Counted from the stretch's first letter, positions 20,717 through 30,392 are shown. The stretch is 41,428 nt of DNA from an uncultured Verrucomicrobiae bacterium (GCA_963766065.1 CAVYAC010000076.1:1-41428), one strand, 5' to 3'. Notes: generated by a model not told the origin, from the sequence alone. Translations and numbers: made by a program.

Positions 20717-21139
20717 CGCTCCATTGATTTCTGCCACGCGAGTTGGCCGCTACGCACCGGGACGAAACCTCCCCCTTTCCCCCAACCGCATGAGGCCTGC
20801 GATCTGTCACGGATTGGAGACGTTGCGCCCCTTCGCAAGAGAGAAAAAGAAGGGGCACGCCGCGCAAGCATGACAATGTTTTACGAGGAAATGGCGGCGT
20901 GTCAATTCCGCAAAGAAAAAGAGAGAAGTGGGTCGCGTAGCGATCAATCGTCAGCTTTGAGCGGTCAGGCAAGTAAATGGAGCAAGGCCAACTATCGGAG
21001 GGGCGATATTTTTTTCTGGACGCAGCTGGGGAGGCGTGCTAGGGTCGGGAGATGTGATCTTTGATATAGGGGAAAGCGAAAGATGGTTAATGGGGAATGA
21101 GTCATGGGAGGGGGGTGCGCCAAAATATGTAATTCTGCA

Positions 21140-21258
21140 AAACGAAGCCAATTTTTTTGAGTTTTGGAGGTTGTGGATCGGCTTGAGGGACAGGATGTTA
21201 AAAGTCCAACTGCGACATTTAATCAATTGGCTTCGTTTGCCAAAAATTGGCTTCGTTT
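21140..21258. repeat. Three copies of AAACGAAGCCAATT (one forward, two reverse)
   Basis: Forward 21140-21153; reverse 21225-21238 and 21245-21258. Confidence 0.7.
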
Positions 21259-21350
21259 TGGGGTTCGCGCTTCCATTTATGGTGCGCCGCGCACTGTCGG
21301 GGGGGGTATTTGGTCGTCCGCGGGGATTGTCCGCAGAGCGCGGGTCCGTC

Positions 21351-21970
21351 TCAGAATTTGCGTTCGTAGCTGCGGATGACGCCGATGACTTTGCCGAGCA
21401 CTTTGGTGTCGCCTTCGACGGGGATGGGCTGGTAGCGGGGGTTGGCGGGCTGGAGCCAGAGTTTCCCGTTGCGGCGGGCGAGTTGTTTGACGGTGGACTC
21501 GCCATCGACGAGGGCGACGACGATCTCACCGGCTCGGCGTGGTTTTGGCCGCGGACGACGACGAGGTCGTCCTCGCAAATTCCCGCCTCGATCATCGAGT
21601 CGCCGTGGACTTTGAGGGCAAAGACTTTCTGGCCCGCGAATTCCTCGGAGAGATCGAGTGTGCCTTCGATATTCTCCTCGGCAAGCAGCGGACCACCGGC
21701 GGGAACGCGTCCGAGAATGGGCATGGGCGGGAACTCAGCGCGCAGGATATTGGGCCAATTGTGCGGGACGAGGCCGCGCGCTTTGCCGGGAAGTCTCCTG
21801 AGATGGCCTTTGGTTTCCAAGGCGCGGAGATGGTCGCGGGCCGTTCCCGTCGAACGATAACCGAAGGCGTGACAAATTTCGCGGACGGTCGGTGGACGAC
21901 CGCCCTTGCGGATGCTGTCGAGAATGTACGTGAGCAGCTTTTGCTGTGGCGGAGTCAGTGGTTCTTGCAC
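21351..21970 (-). CDS. lexA: Transcriptional repressor LexA; frameshift near 21531
   Basis: LTPPQQKLL..PPTVREI..HLRALETKG wHTH; GRVPAG cleavage site; GDSM catalytic Ser; next frame GEIVVALVDGESTVKQL..LQPANPRY..LGKVIGVIR. Confidence 0.93.
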
Positions 21971-21982
21971 GGGGACAGCGAT

Positions 21983-22007
21983 ACCACACGGATGTGTGGT
22001 GTGGCAA
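21983..22007 (-). promoter_or_regulatory. Candidate lexA promoter/operator
   Basis: Perfect inverted repeat ACCACAC-GGAT-GTGTGGT (21983-22000) between TTGCCA and TG-G-TATCGC on the minus strand; the -10-like hexamer ends 7 nt before the GTG start. Confidence 0.6.
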
Positions 22008-22026
22008 GTGGAAAAGGGTTTTTCGG

Positions 22027-22384
22027 CTAGGCGGCGGCCAACGCGCAGTGGATGGCGCGATCGAGAATCGGTGACGTCGAAGGGTTTTTCGAGGAAGCCG
22101 CGGGCGCCGGCTTCGCGGGCTTCGCTTTCGGTGGTGCGGCTGCCGGTGACGACGACGACCTTGGCGCTCGGGTCGGCCTTGGATAGCAAGGAGGTGCAGG
22201 TGAGGCCGTCCATGCGGGGCATGCGAACGTCCATGACGATGAGATCCGGGTGCATGCTGCCGTATTTTTCGATGGCCTCGTGACCGTCGGCGGCGAAGCC
22301 AACGACCTCGTGGCCGAGATATTCCAGGGCCAGACGCATGGCAAATCGGACTGAATCAGTATCGTCTGCGATCAAAATTTTCAT
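22027..22384 (-). CDS. Single-domain CheY-like response regulator; frameshift near 22067
   Basis: KILIADD, PDLIVMDVRMPRMDG, VVVVTG, GFLEKPF. Confidence 0.9.
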
Positions 22385-22566
22385 GTCAGTGCTGAATTTA
22401 GCACTAGCCATGCCACGCCCTTGGAAGGCAGCAAAAACGGGCGTGTTGAGCCCAAATTACGTCCAATTAGGTGAATTTAGCCGAAATTTGGCCACCCGAT
22501 GTGAGGATCGAAGACCCGAAATGTAAGGAACGCACCCCCGGAAACGTCCACCAACGCCGTGCGCGC

Positions 22567-23376
22567 TTACGGGCAGACGGATTGACCAACTAATCCGGGG
22601 TTCGCATTCCGAACCGCCTTGATTGTGGGAAACATATCATTACACTTTGGCGCCAACTGCGGGTTCTCGACCCATTCCACGTGACCGTCCATGAACAGGA
22701 AATTGCCCCGGTACGCCATGCCCTTGTCGTGTTTCGACAGAGGCGGAACCGCCTGAGGGTTGCCCAAGCCCGTCAAGGGACCGCCACCGACGAGGCCGGT
22801 GACGTACACGTAATTTGGAATTGCATCATCTCCGAGGACAGGCAGGTAGGACGTGCCCTGATAGTTGTCAGAATAGTACTCCGCAACGATCACGACCGAG
22901 CTGTTTGTCAAATAGGGACACGTGAGACGCGAGCCCGCAATCCACTGGTCCAACGAGGTTGCGGAGGTGTTCGGGGCCCCTGGGTTTGAATCCGCGGTAA
23001 CGATGGCATAGGAGCGCGGCGCGCCACTTTGCCGTGTGTACACGTCATCGGGACACACGAAGTTCTTCGCCGAGGTGTAGCCGTTCGTCAACGCGGTGTA
23101 CCAGAGTGTCTGACCACCATTGACGCCAGCAGACGTAATATAGGGATACGGGTTATTGTACGCGGAAGGAAGATGGTTCTGATTGTCGGCGGCGAACAGG
23201 AACATCGCCAGACCGATCTGATGAAGATTGCTGGCGCAGCCGACGCGTTTGCCCTTTTCGCGAGCGGTATTCAGCGCCGGCAGCAACATCGCCGCCAGTA
23301 TGCCGATCACCGTGATGACCGTCAGAAGTTCAATCAGTGTGAAACCTTGAGACCGCTCGTTCTTGGTGGTTTGCAT
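22567..23376 (-). CDS. Prepilin-type N-terminal cleavage/methylation protein with H-X9-DG-like C-terminal motif
   Basis: [29 protein letters not shown]...[12 protein letters not shown]....[12 protein letters not shown]. Confidence 0.9.
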   Translation of the reverse strand: MQTTKNERSQGFTLIELLTVITVIGILAAMLLPALNTAREKGKRVGCASNLHQIGLAMFLFAADNQNHLPSAYNNPYPYITSAGVNGGQTLWYTALTNGYTSAKNFVCPDDVYTRQSGAPRSYAIVTADSNPGAPNTSATSLDQWIAGSRLTCPYLTNSSVVIVAEYYSDNYQGTSYLPVLGDDAIPNYVYVTGLVGGGPLTGLGNPQAVPPLSKHDKGMAYRGNFLFMDGHVEWVENPQLAPKCNDMFPTIKAVRNANPGLVGQSVCP

Positions 23377-23519
23377 CGTGGCCTTCCAACGCTTCGCCGT
23401 CCCTAACTACACGCCCCCTTGGGCCTCGTCAAGGACGATCCTCGTTCGTTGTTTGTCGTTATGTTCCGCATATCGAGCATGTGACACATGTCCGACTTTT
23501 CATATTTAATTATCTTCCA

Positions 23520-23555
23520 TCTTGACAGAGTTGTCAAGACATTGTACATACAATG
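23520..23555 (+). promoter_or_regulatory. Toxin-antitoxin promoter with two adjacent perfect palindromes
   Basis: TCTTGACA-GAGT-TGTCAAGA (23520-23539) and CATTGTA-CA-TACAATG (23540-23555) overlap TTGACA-N17-TACATA. Confidence 0.65.
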
Positions 23556-23567
23556 CGGGTACTGAGT

Positions 23568-23852
23568 ATGGAATTCGACTGGTCAGATCCGCCTTTCAAC
23601 CCAAAGGACTCGCCGACCCTGCGCGAGATCGAGGAGGCATTTGAAGATCCCCTCGGTATCCGGATGATTCCTGACTCCGGGCGCTTCGCCAGGGAATCCC
23701 GCGCCTTCTGTCTGGGCCGCACCCTGACCGGTCGCGGCATTTTCAGCGTATTTCGGTCGGATGGCAAGCGGATACGGGTCATCGGGTCGCGGCCGATGAC
23801 CGAGGAAGAGGACTATTTCTACGACAGGAAGGTGTCGGAATGGACGTCGTGA
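23568..23852 (+). CDS. BrnT family toxin
   Basis: MEFDW, EIEEAFED, RAFCLGRT, RIRVIGSRPMTEEE pattern; ~94 aa, upstream of the antitoxin. Confidence 0.8.
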   Translation: MEFDWSDPPFNPKDSPTLREIEEAFEDPLGIRMIPDSGRFARESRAFCLGRTLTGRGIFSVFRSDGKRIRVIGSRPMTEEEDYFYDRKVSEWTS

Positions 23853-23868
23853 ACGAAAAGATTGACAC

Positions 23869-23914
23869 TGTAGCCGCAGGCTTCAGCCTGCGCACCCTAA
23901 AGGGTGCGGCTACA
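23869..23914 (+). repeat. Compound GTAG REP between toxin and antitoxin
   Basis: TGTAGCCGCAGGCTTCAGCCTGCGCACCCTAAAGGGTGCGGCTACA; related copies at 24228-24273, 24283-24307 and inverted at 41274-41338. Confidence 0.8.
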
Positions 23915-23928
23915 CGACAAAGGAACAA

Positions 23929-24210
23929 ATGGACGTCGTAACCGAATGGGAAGAGATACCGCCGTTTGCGTGCGAGCACGACGAGGCCAAATTCTGGCAA
24001 TTGCATCGGCTCGACTCGAAGCTCATGGAGCAGTCGGTGGCAGTCACCGACCAATCCGAGTCCACGACGATTTCGCTGCGGATCGATCCGCGGATGCTGG
24101 CGCGAATTAAACGCTTGGCGCGGTCGCGCTATTTGAATTATCAAAGCATGATCAAACAATGGATCAGCGAGCGGATGGAGGATGAATTACGCGACCGCGG
24201 AAATAGATGA
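23929..24210 (+). CDS. CopG/BrnA-type ribbon-helix-helix antitoxin
   Basis: IPPF..E.DEAKFWQLH; TISLRIDPRMLARIKRLA...LNYQSMIKQWI. Confidence 0.8.
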   Translation: MDVVTEWEEIPPFACEHDEAKFWQLHRLDSKLMEQSVAVTDQSESTTISLRIDPRMLARIKRLARSRYLNYQSMIKQWISERMEDELRDRGNR

Positions 24211-24227
24211 ATGAGAAGGCTCGGCCA

Positions 24228-24307
24228 TGTAGCCGCAGGCTTTAGCCTGCGCACTCTAAATGGTGCGGCCATATGACAGGAGTGTAGCCGCAGGCTTTAG
24301 CCTGCGC
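24228..24307 (+). repeat. Two further copies of the GTAG REP
   Basis: TGTAGCCGCAGGCTTTAGCCTGCGC at 24228 and 24283. Confidence 0.8.
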
Positions 24308-24366
24308 CTTATCCCCCGGTGGAGGGGAGACGCGACGTAGCCAGAAGACAAACTGAGTGGAAGCCG

Positions 24367-25014
24367 ATGAAGACGGAACCAAGAACAAATACGGTGGGGG
24401 AAAGAGGACGGAGGGCCGAGGGCGAGAGGCGGACGTCAAGGGTGCCGGGGATCGGAATCGAGCATGGCACCCCCTGTCCAACGGCTTTCGGGGTGAACCT
24501 TCGTGGCTCGTCCCCCGCCGGTTTTACGCTGGTCGAACTGCTGGTGACCCTGATTATCATTATGATCCTGACGGGGCTGATCGTTGGCGTGGCCAAGTAT
24601 GCGTCGACAAAAGCCGCCACGTCGCGGACCCAGGCGGAAATCGCGGCGATGGAAATGGCCTTGGAACACTACAAGAGCGATAATGGCGTTTATCCGTGGG
24701 CCGCAGGCCCCCGGGTTACGGCAGGGGCTCAGGGCTATCCGGGTACGGCTGAGTACAGCAACTCGGCGGTCCTGTACGCGGCGCTGGCCGGCGGCCCAAA
24801 GAGGTATTACAATTTCAAAGCTGATCAACTCCGCACGAACACCACTCTGTCGGCCATCTACATCGTTGATCCCTTCGGCAACCCCTACAACTATTACCAA
24901 ACCAATGATCCAACCTTGGTGACCAATGTTGCCGCCTTCGACCTGTGGTCCTACGGTCCCAACGGCAGGAATGACGAAGGCACGAACGATGATATTACGA
25001 ACTGGAGGCGCTAA
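24367..25014 (+). CDS. GspG-like major pseudopilin
   Basis: GFTLVELLVTL, ALEHYKSDNGVYP, DPFGNPYNY, FDLWSYGPNG, DDITNW. Confidence 0.85.
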   Translation: MKTEPRTNTVGERGRRAEGERRTSRVPGIGIEHGTPCPTAFGVNLRGSSPAGFTLVELLVTLIIIMILTGLIVGVAKYASTKAATSRTQAEIAAMEMALEHYKSDNGVYPWAAGPRVTAGAQGYPGTAEYSNSAVLYAALAGGPKRYYNFKADQLRTNTTLSAIYIVDPFGNPYNYYQTNDPTLVTNVAAFDLWSYGPNGRNDEGTNDDITNWRR

Positions 25015-25715
25015 TGAATAAACTGCAACGAAACCAAATCCCCGCGGCGTTCACCCTGATCGAAATACTCACCGTCGTGGCCATCATCGGCGTACTGGCG
25101 GCGTTGCTGTTCCCCGCGATCAAGGGCGCCCTGCAAAAGGCCGAATTTGCCCAGGCGCAGAATGACATCAAGAACATCGAGAGCGCCGCGAAATCGTTCT
25201 ATGTCGAATATGGCAAGTGGCCCAATGGCAACGGTGGCACCCTTGATTTTGCTTATGGTGCGTTCGGCACCGGCGTTTATGAGCCAGTACATCCTAGCGC
25301 GCTTGGACAATCGGGCTACTGTGAGAACCACTGGCTCATGGACACGCTCCAGGCGATTCAAGACACGAGCACGCTGTGCGGTAATGGCGGTAGCTTGAAT
25401 AACGGCACTGCGGTCAACAGCCGCAGTATTATCTTCATCAATATCCCCGCCAAGAGTCTCAAAGAGTCAACGGACAGCACAGCCGCCAACCCCTATTATG
25501 ACTACGTCAACCCGTGGGGAAATCCCTACCAGATCACCGTCGATACCAGTTACGACAATTTCTGCACGAATCTGGCTGCCACCTGCCAAAACGGTAACGC
25601 GAACAGCCCGGTGGGCAACACGGGATGCGTATCGAATAACATCGCCGTGTGGTCGTTTGGCCCGCTCGGCCCGTACGGCACCCATGGTCCGAAGGACTGG
25701 ATTACGTCGTGGTAA
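25014..25715 (+). CDS. GspG-like pseudopilin, second copy
   Basis: AFTLIEILTVVAIIGVLAALLFP, EYGKWP, NPWGNPY, VWSFGP, ITSW. Confidence 0.85.
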   Translation: MNKLQRNQIPAAFTLIEILTVVAIIGVLAALLFPAIKGALQKAEFAQAQNDIKNIESAAKSFYVEYGKWPNGNGGTLDFAYGAFGTGVYEPVHPSALGQSGYCENHWLMDTLQAIQDTSTLCGNGGSLNNGTAVNSRSIIFINIPAKSLKESTDSTAANPYYDYVNPWGNPYQITVDTSYDNFCTNLAATCQNGNANSPVGNTGCVSNNIAVWSFGPLGPYGTHGPKDWITSW

Positions 25716-26252
25716 GAAATCTTCAACGAAGGCGACGACGCCGCTCGGTCAGTCAGCCGGTCCGGCTTTACCCTGATCGAGATACTGACCGTCCTGGTGA
25801 TTGCCGGCATTTTGATCGCGCTCTCCATTCCGGCGATCACCAGTCTGAGCCGGTCCCTCGCCCTGCCGGGGGCGTTGCGCCAGATCTACAATGAAGCCAG
25901 TCTCGCCCGGCAGTACGCCATCACCCATCGCGTGCAAACGGAACTACGAATCACCAATTCCTTCGATGCCGTCAGCATCTTCACTAATGTCGGACCGAAT
26001 GAAGCCCAGTTGGACAAGTGGAACTACCTCCCCGTGGGTACCATCGTTTTCCTCGATCCCACCTCCGCCAATTCCGTGACGAATGTGGTTTTCACCCCGA
26101 CCGGGGGCACGACCAACCTCAACGAGGTGACGGTTTGCGCCCGCGAGGGCTCGTTCGATACTAATACCAGTACGTACTTCGGGATCAATTCCAACACGGG
26201 AACCGTTACCATCAACAATCTGCTCGGCCGGATCAAGATTTTCCGCCCATGA
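25709..26252 (+). CDS. Minor pseudopilin (GspH/FimT-like; Verru_Chthon cassette D-like); start region frameshifted near 25758
   Basis: GFTLIEILTVLVIAGILIALSIPA...LARQYAIT...FTPTG...LLGRIKIFRP. Confidence 0.8.
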
Positions 26253-26803
26253 ACCCACATCCCACACCGTTACGGAACCGAAGCCGCAGCGCGTTCAGCT
26301 TGATCGAAGTCGTGCTGGCGCTCGCCGTGTCGGCCCTCGGGCTGATCGCGATTCTCGGCCTGCTACCGCAGGGGCTTCAAGCGAGCCGCGACGCCGCCGA
26401 TAACACGATTTCGGCCGCGATCGTCCATGATATATTCAGCACACTTCGCACGACACCATTCACCAATATAGCCTCGAACATGGACTCGCTTGGGTTCATC
26501 CCCAAATTGACAGGCTCATCCTACACGAACCTGCAAGCCTTTCCTGTCACTCCTCCTGTTTACAGTATTTCCAACTACCTCGACCAAGTGGGCTTCTACA
26601 CAACGCCTGATCTCAACGGATATTATACTAACGCATACTATAAAGTGACTCTCACCTTTCAGCCCGAGATCGCGCCGAATGCGCCATTCGGGACGCTGGC
26701 GACCGTCGCGACGGTCACGGCGACGGTGGTCTGGCCAGCGCATGCAGCCTCGCCCATCAACACCAATGTGTTTGTCACCAAGGTGGCTCAGTACAAACAA
26801 TGA
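26249..26803 (+). CDS. Minor pseudopilin (Verru_Chthon cassette B-like)
   Basis: AFSLIEVVLALAVSALGLIAILGLLPQGL; ATGA overlaps with both neighbours. Confidence 0.8.
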   Translation: MNPHPTPLRNRSRSAFSLIEVVLALAVSALGLIAILGLLPQGLQASRDAADNTISAAIVHDIFSTLRTTPFTNIASNMDSLGFIPKLTGSSYTNLQAFPVTPPVYSISNYLDQVGFYTTPDLNGYYTNAYYKVTLTFQPEIAPNAPFGTLATVATVTATVVWPAHAASPINTNVFVTKVAQYKQ

Positions 26804-27762
26804 AGCCCTGCCAAAATACGAAGGCCGCGTTCACGCTCATCGAGTTGCTCGCGTCGATGGCGATTCTGGGGGTAATGACCGTCCTGCTGTTTTCGGCGTT
26901 CGACCAGACCAGCAAGGCCTGGCTGCAAGGAGAAAGCCGGGTTGAGACCTATTCGTCGGCGCGGGCCGCGCTGGACTACATGTCCCGGGAACTCGCCCAG
27001 GCCATGGTCAATTCCAACAACCTCCAGTTTTTTGGCACCACCAATGCCATGGCCTTCATTGCGCCGTCCGACGACCGCGCGGGAGACCCCGTTGACATGG
27101 CGGAGGTCGTGTATCGGCTAAACCAAATTCCCGCTAGCACTTTGATCACGAACGCCCCCCCACTCTATCTGAGCGACCCCTTCACCAACAACGCGCCCCC
27201 CTACACGCTGATACGTCGCTCCTCCGTTTACTCCAACTCCACAACGGCTGCTGACTGTTGGGATTACGGAAACAACAGGTCGTGCGCCAGTTACCTAGGT
27301 GGCGCATGGGACTTTTATAACCCAAATCCTGTTAACCCGAACTGGATGGAAACATCGAATTCCAACCGCACCAGCGCCCTGGCCGAGAACATCATGTCGC
27401 TGACGTTCCAGTATGTGAGCACAAATGGCATCCCGTACCCCTTCTGGAACTCGACAAACAGCGTCACTGGGCCGGTGCCAGTCGTTTGGAAAAACGAACT
27501 CCCCAACGACGGCATTCCGTGGAACTCCTTTGATGTATATGGGAATCCAAAGCCCAACGGTGGCTGCATTCTCTACATGTCGAACCGCCCTCCTGCGGGC
27601 GTTTACATCACCATCGGAGCCATCGACAGCCGCACCGCCGCACGTCTTCAGGCAATTGCTCCTGGTGGCGTCACGAATGCCGCCAATGTTGGCGCCTACA
27701 CCAACACACTGAATCAAGCGGAGAGGTTTTTCACGACGTTTGTGGAGATTCCAAACCAATGA
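26800..27762 (+). CDS. Minor pseudopilin (Verru_Chthon cassette C / GspJ-like)
   Basis: AFTLIELLASMAIL, ARAALDYMSREL, LAENI, PAGVYITIGAID. Confidence 0.8.
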   Translation: MKPCQNTKAAFTLIELLASMAILGVMTVLLFSAFDQTSKAWLQGESRVETYSSARAALDYMSRELAQAMVNSNNLQFFGTTNAMAFIAPSDDRAGDPVDMAEVVYRLNQIPASTLITNAPPLYLSDPFTNNAPPYTLIRRSSVYSNSTTAADCWDYGNNRSCASYLGGAWDFYNPNPVNPNWMETSNSNRTSALAENIMSLTFQYVSTNGIPYPFWNSTNSVTGPVPVVWKNELPNDGIPWNSFDVYGNPKPNGGCILYMSNRPPAGVYITIGAIDSRTAARLQAIAPGGVTNAANVGAYTNTLNQAERFFTTFVEIPNQ

Positions 27763-30392
27763 GAAGTCACCCCACATCTGTCTTTCGGAGGTTCTTTGTT
27801 CGCAAAAACGCGGCGTTGCGAGCAGGTTCGGACCGCGGCGTGGCCCTGATCCTGACGCTGGCGATCCTGACGCTGGTCACGCTGCTGCTGATTGCGTTCG
27901 TCACCAGCATGCGCGTGGAAAACGCCGCCTCGAAGAATTTCAACGAACTCATCAAGGCCCGCGAACTGGCCCAGGCCGGCGTGGACGAGGCTGTCGGTAC
28001 CATCCGCGCGTTCACGCCGCCGGTGACGCCGAGCGGCCCGGGTTTTACTGGCACCAATTACGTTACGGCACCGGGTGTCATCTATGCGTACTCCCAAAAG
28101 TTCCAGACCTCAACGCATTGGACCAACGTCGCCTTGTTCACATCGGACCCGTTAAACCCGAACGGCAGCGCCAGCCTTACCAACGACGGTAACGAAGTGG
28201 ACCTGAACGCGAACAATGTGATTACGGGAGTAAGCCCCCCCTCGCCGTACCCCCAGACGTACCCCACCAATGGCGTGATTCCGCATCTGTGGGTCGGGTG
28301 GTCGAATGTTGTTGCGACGGTGAATGGAGGCCCTCAGTTGGTCGGCCGCTACGCCTACTGGGTGGACGACGAGTCGGCGAAGGTGAACCTGAACGTCGCC
28401 AGCAGCCGGGGCAATGACCTCGAGGGATACACTCCGGCGGCGATCGACCTGCTGACTCTTTTCCAGCCGGTCCTGGCTGCCGACCCATTGGCAGCGACGG
28501 AAGTGGACAATTTAACAAATTATGTACAGAATACGCGACCGCTCGACACGATTCAGAGTGCGGTCATGCGCGCCCAATCGTTCGGGGGGCCATTGGTCGG
28601 AAACGCGCCCAGCGTCAGCGGGAGCACGTTCTCGAATACCCAGTTTTACGTGACGACGCACGCCACGTCGCCCGACCTGACTCCGTGGGGCGACCTGCGG
28701 CTGAACACGCTGGAACTGAGCAACATGGTGGCCAATGCCGGTAGCTTACAGGCTGCGGTTCAGGCGGTTTACACCTACCTCAACACGGAAGACTCCAACT
28801 ACGCCTTGTGGACCGGCACCGGTACCAAGTTCGCCTCGAAATACAACCTGTTGCAAATCGCCGCCAACATCGTTAACTACATCGGCTACCCCAACACCGC
28901 CAATATCCCCACCGATTCGGGCACTTATAATTCAACAGTCGCGCCAACGTATCTTGGCCTGAAGGAAACTCCGTATCTCAATGAGTTGGTGATTTCAAAC
29001 ACGTTCCAGGTGATGACGGTGGCGGGTTCCAGCCCTGCGCAGTATTACCTGCTCGTTAACAGCTACCCTCTCGTCGAGCTGTGGTACATGTACGGCAACA
29101 GCCAGGGTTGGACTGCTACGGGCAACCCGCAGGTGCTTCTCTTGAACAATGGACTGGGGATAACCGTCAGCGGCGTTACCCCAAACAACGTTCCGATCCC
29201 CGCCAAGTACCCCGTCAAGACCATTCCTAGTACGATGGGACCCAACACCTATGCCGTTGTGCCTACCACTCCTGTGTCGATTCAAACAGCCACGCTTAGC
29301 TTTTCTGGGCCACTTCCCGGCTCGGTCAATGTGACTCTGAGTGCGGGCACCATCACGGCCATTTTTACCACCCAAGTGGCCCAGAACCCGGGACAGCAAG
29401 GGCGAATGGACTTCGCCGTTATCCCATTCTCAGCCTCCAAACCCGTCAATATTCCGACGACCGGCGTTCAGAAGCCCGTGCTTTGGGCGTCTCAATGTAA
29501 CGACCCGCGCGTCAAGCCGATCAACAACACGTGGGTCCAAAACCTGGGTGCAACGACACTCGGGGCCCCAAACAGTGTGCCGGCGTTCAACCTGACCGCC
29601 GGGTCGGGCACCATCACTGGCGACGGCGACACTTCCTGTCACACCAACGCAGTCAACCTCATCCCAAATACCACAGGCGTGGGCCGTCAACGGGGCGCGA
29701 TGACGCCGGGCGAACTGGCGTTCATCCACACGGGGATCCCGTGGCGGACATTCTCGCTGCAACCATGGCCGCCAACCCAGAACCCCACCGAGCCGGGGCC
29801 GCCGGATTGGGCGCTCTTGGATTTCTTTTCCTCGGCGAACACGCTCTCGACCGATGTCGTCGGGCGGATCAACATCAACCAAGCGATTGACGCGGTTTAC
29901 CCACCGTCCCGCCTCGGTCCGCTGTCCGCGCTTCTGACGAACTTGCAGGGAACGGCTTACTCTCAGTTGATCGCCACCCAAAATGTGTACCGTTACCCGT
30001 CCAGCCCCGCTTACTTCGAAGCCCCGTCGGCTCTTGGCGTCACTTTCTGCCCGGCCGCCTATACCATGGTCGGAGAGATCGCGAACACGCAGAATTTGTC
30101 CAATTTCGGAACAACTCCTTCCACGCCCAAGAGTGTCTTGGAAACTCCCGTACGTGACATTGCCAACATCATTACAACGCGGTCGAACACATTTACGATT
30201 TGGTGCCTGGCGCAGGCAGTCAAGAAGGTGGACAAGACGGTGGCCAATCTCGGAAGCTTTACCACGGGCGTCAACGTTGTCACCGGGGAAGCCAAGGTGC
30301 AGGCCATCGTCGAGCGGACGGCGGTGACTGACGCATTGGGCAACCCCACGGTCAAATTTCACACGTTGTACTATCGGTACTATTACCAATGA
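27759..30392 (+). CDS. Large PilX/GspK-like tip pseudopilin (Verru_Chthon cassette A-like)
   Basis: RGVALILTLAIL, GRYAYWVDDESAKVNLN, GRININ, ITTRSNTFTIW, GEAKVQAIVER. Confidence 0.85.
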   Translation: MRSHPTSVFRRFFVRKNAALRAGSDRGVALILTLAILTLVTLLLIAFVTSMRVENAASKNFNELIKARELAQAGVDEAVGTIRAFTPPVTPSGPGFTGTNYVTAPGVIYAYSQKFQTSTHWTNVALFTSDPLNPNGSASLTNDGNEVDLNANNVITGVSPPSPYPQTYPTNGVIPHLWVGWSNVVATVNGGPQLVGRYAYWVDDESAKVNLNVASSRGNDLEGYTPAAIDLLTLFQPVLAADPLAATEVDNLTNYVQNTRPLDTIQSAVMRAQSFGGPLVGNAPSVSGSTFSNTQFYVTTHATSPDLTPWGDLRLNTLELSNMVANAGSLQAAVQAVYTYLNTEDSNYALWTGTGTKFASKYNLLQIAANIVNYIGYPNTANIPTDSGTYNSTVAPTYLGLKETPYLNELVISNTFQVMTVAGSSPAQYYLLVNSYPLVELWYMYGNSQGWTATGNPQVLLLNNGLGITVSGVTPNNVPIPAKYPVKTIPSTMGPNTYAVVPTTPVSIQTATLSFSGPLPGSVNVTLSAGTITAIFTTQVAQNPGQQGRMDFAVIPFSASKPVNIPTTGVQKPVLWASQCNDPRVKPINNTWVQNLGATTLGAPNSVPAFNLTAGSGTITGDGDTSCHTNAVNLIPNTTGVGRQRGAMTPGELAFIHTGIPWRTFSLQPWPPTQNPTEPGPPDWALLDFFSSANTLSTDVVGRININQAIDAVYPPSRLGPLSALLTNLQGTAYSQLIATQNVYRYPSSPAYFEAPSALGVTFCPAAYTMVGEIANTQNLSNFGTTPSTPKSVLETPVRDIANIITTRSNTFTIWCLAQAVKKVDKTVANLGSFTTGVNVVTGEAKVQAIVERTAVTDALGNPTVKFHTLYYRYYYQ

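Noticed and set aside
20951..22411. 486-aa response regulator-LexA fusion
   Set aside because: Produced by frameshifts; each gene has its own stop in another frame and a promoter-like region lies between them
23869..24307. GTAGCCGCAGGC repeats as a second CRISPR array
   Set aside because: Irregular spacing, a gene lies between copies, and an inverted copy occurs at 41.3 kb; they fit REP elements
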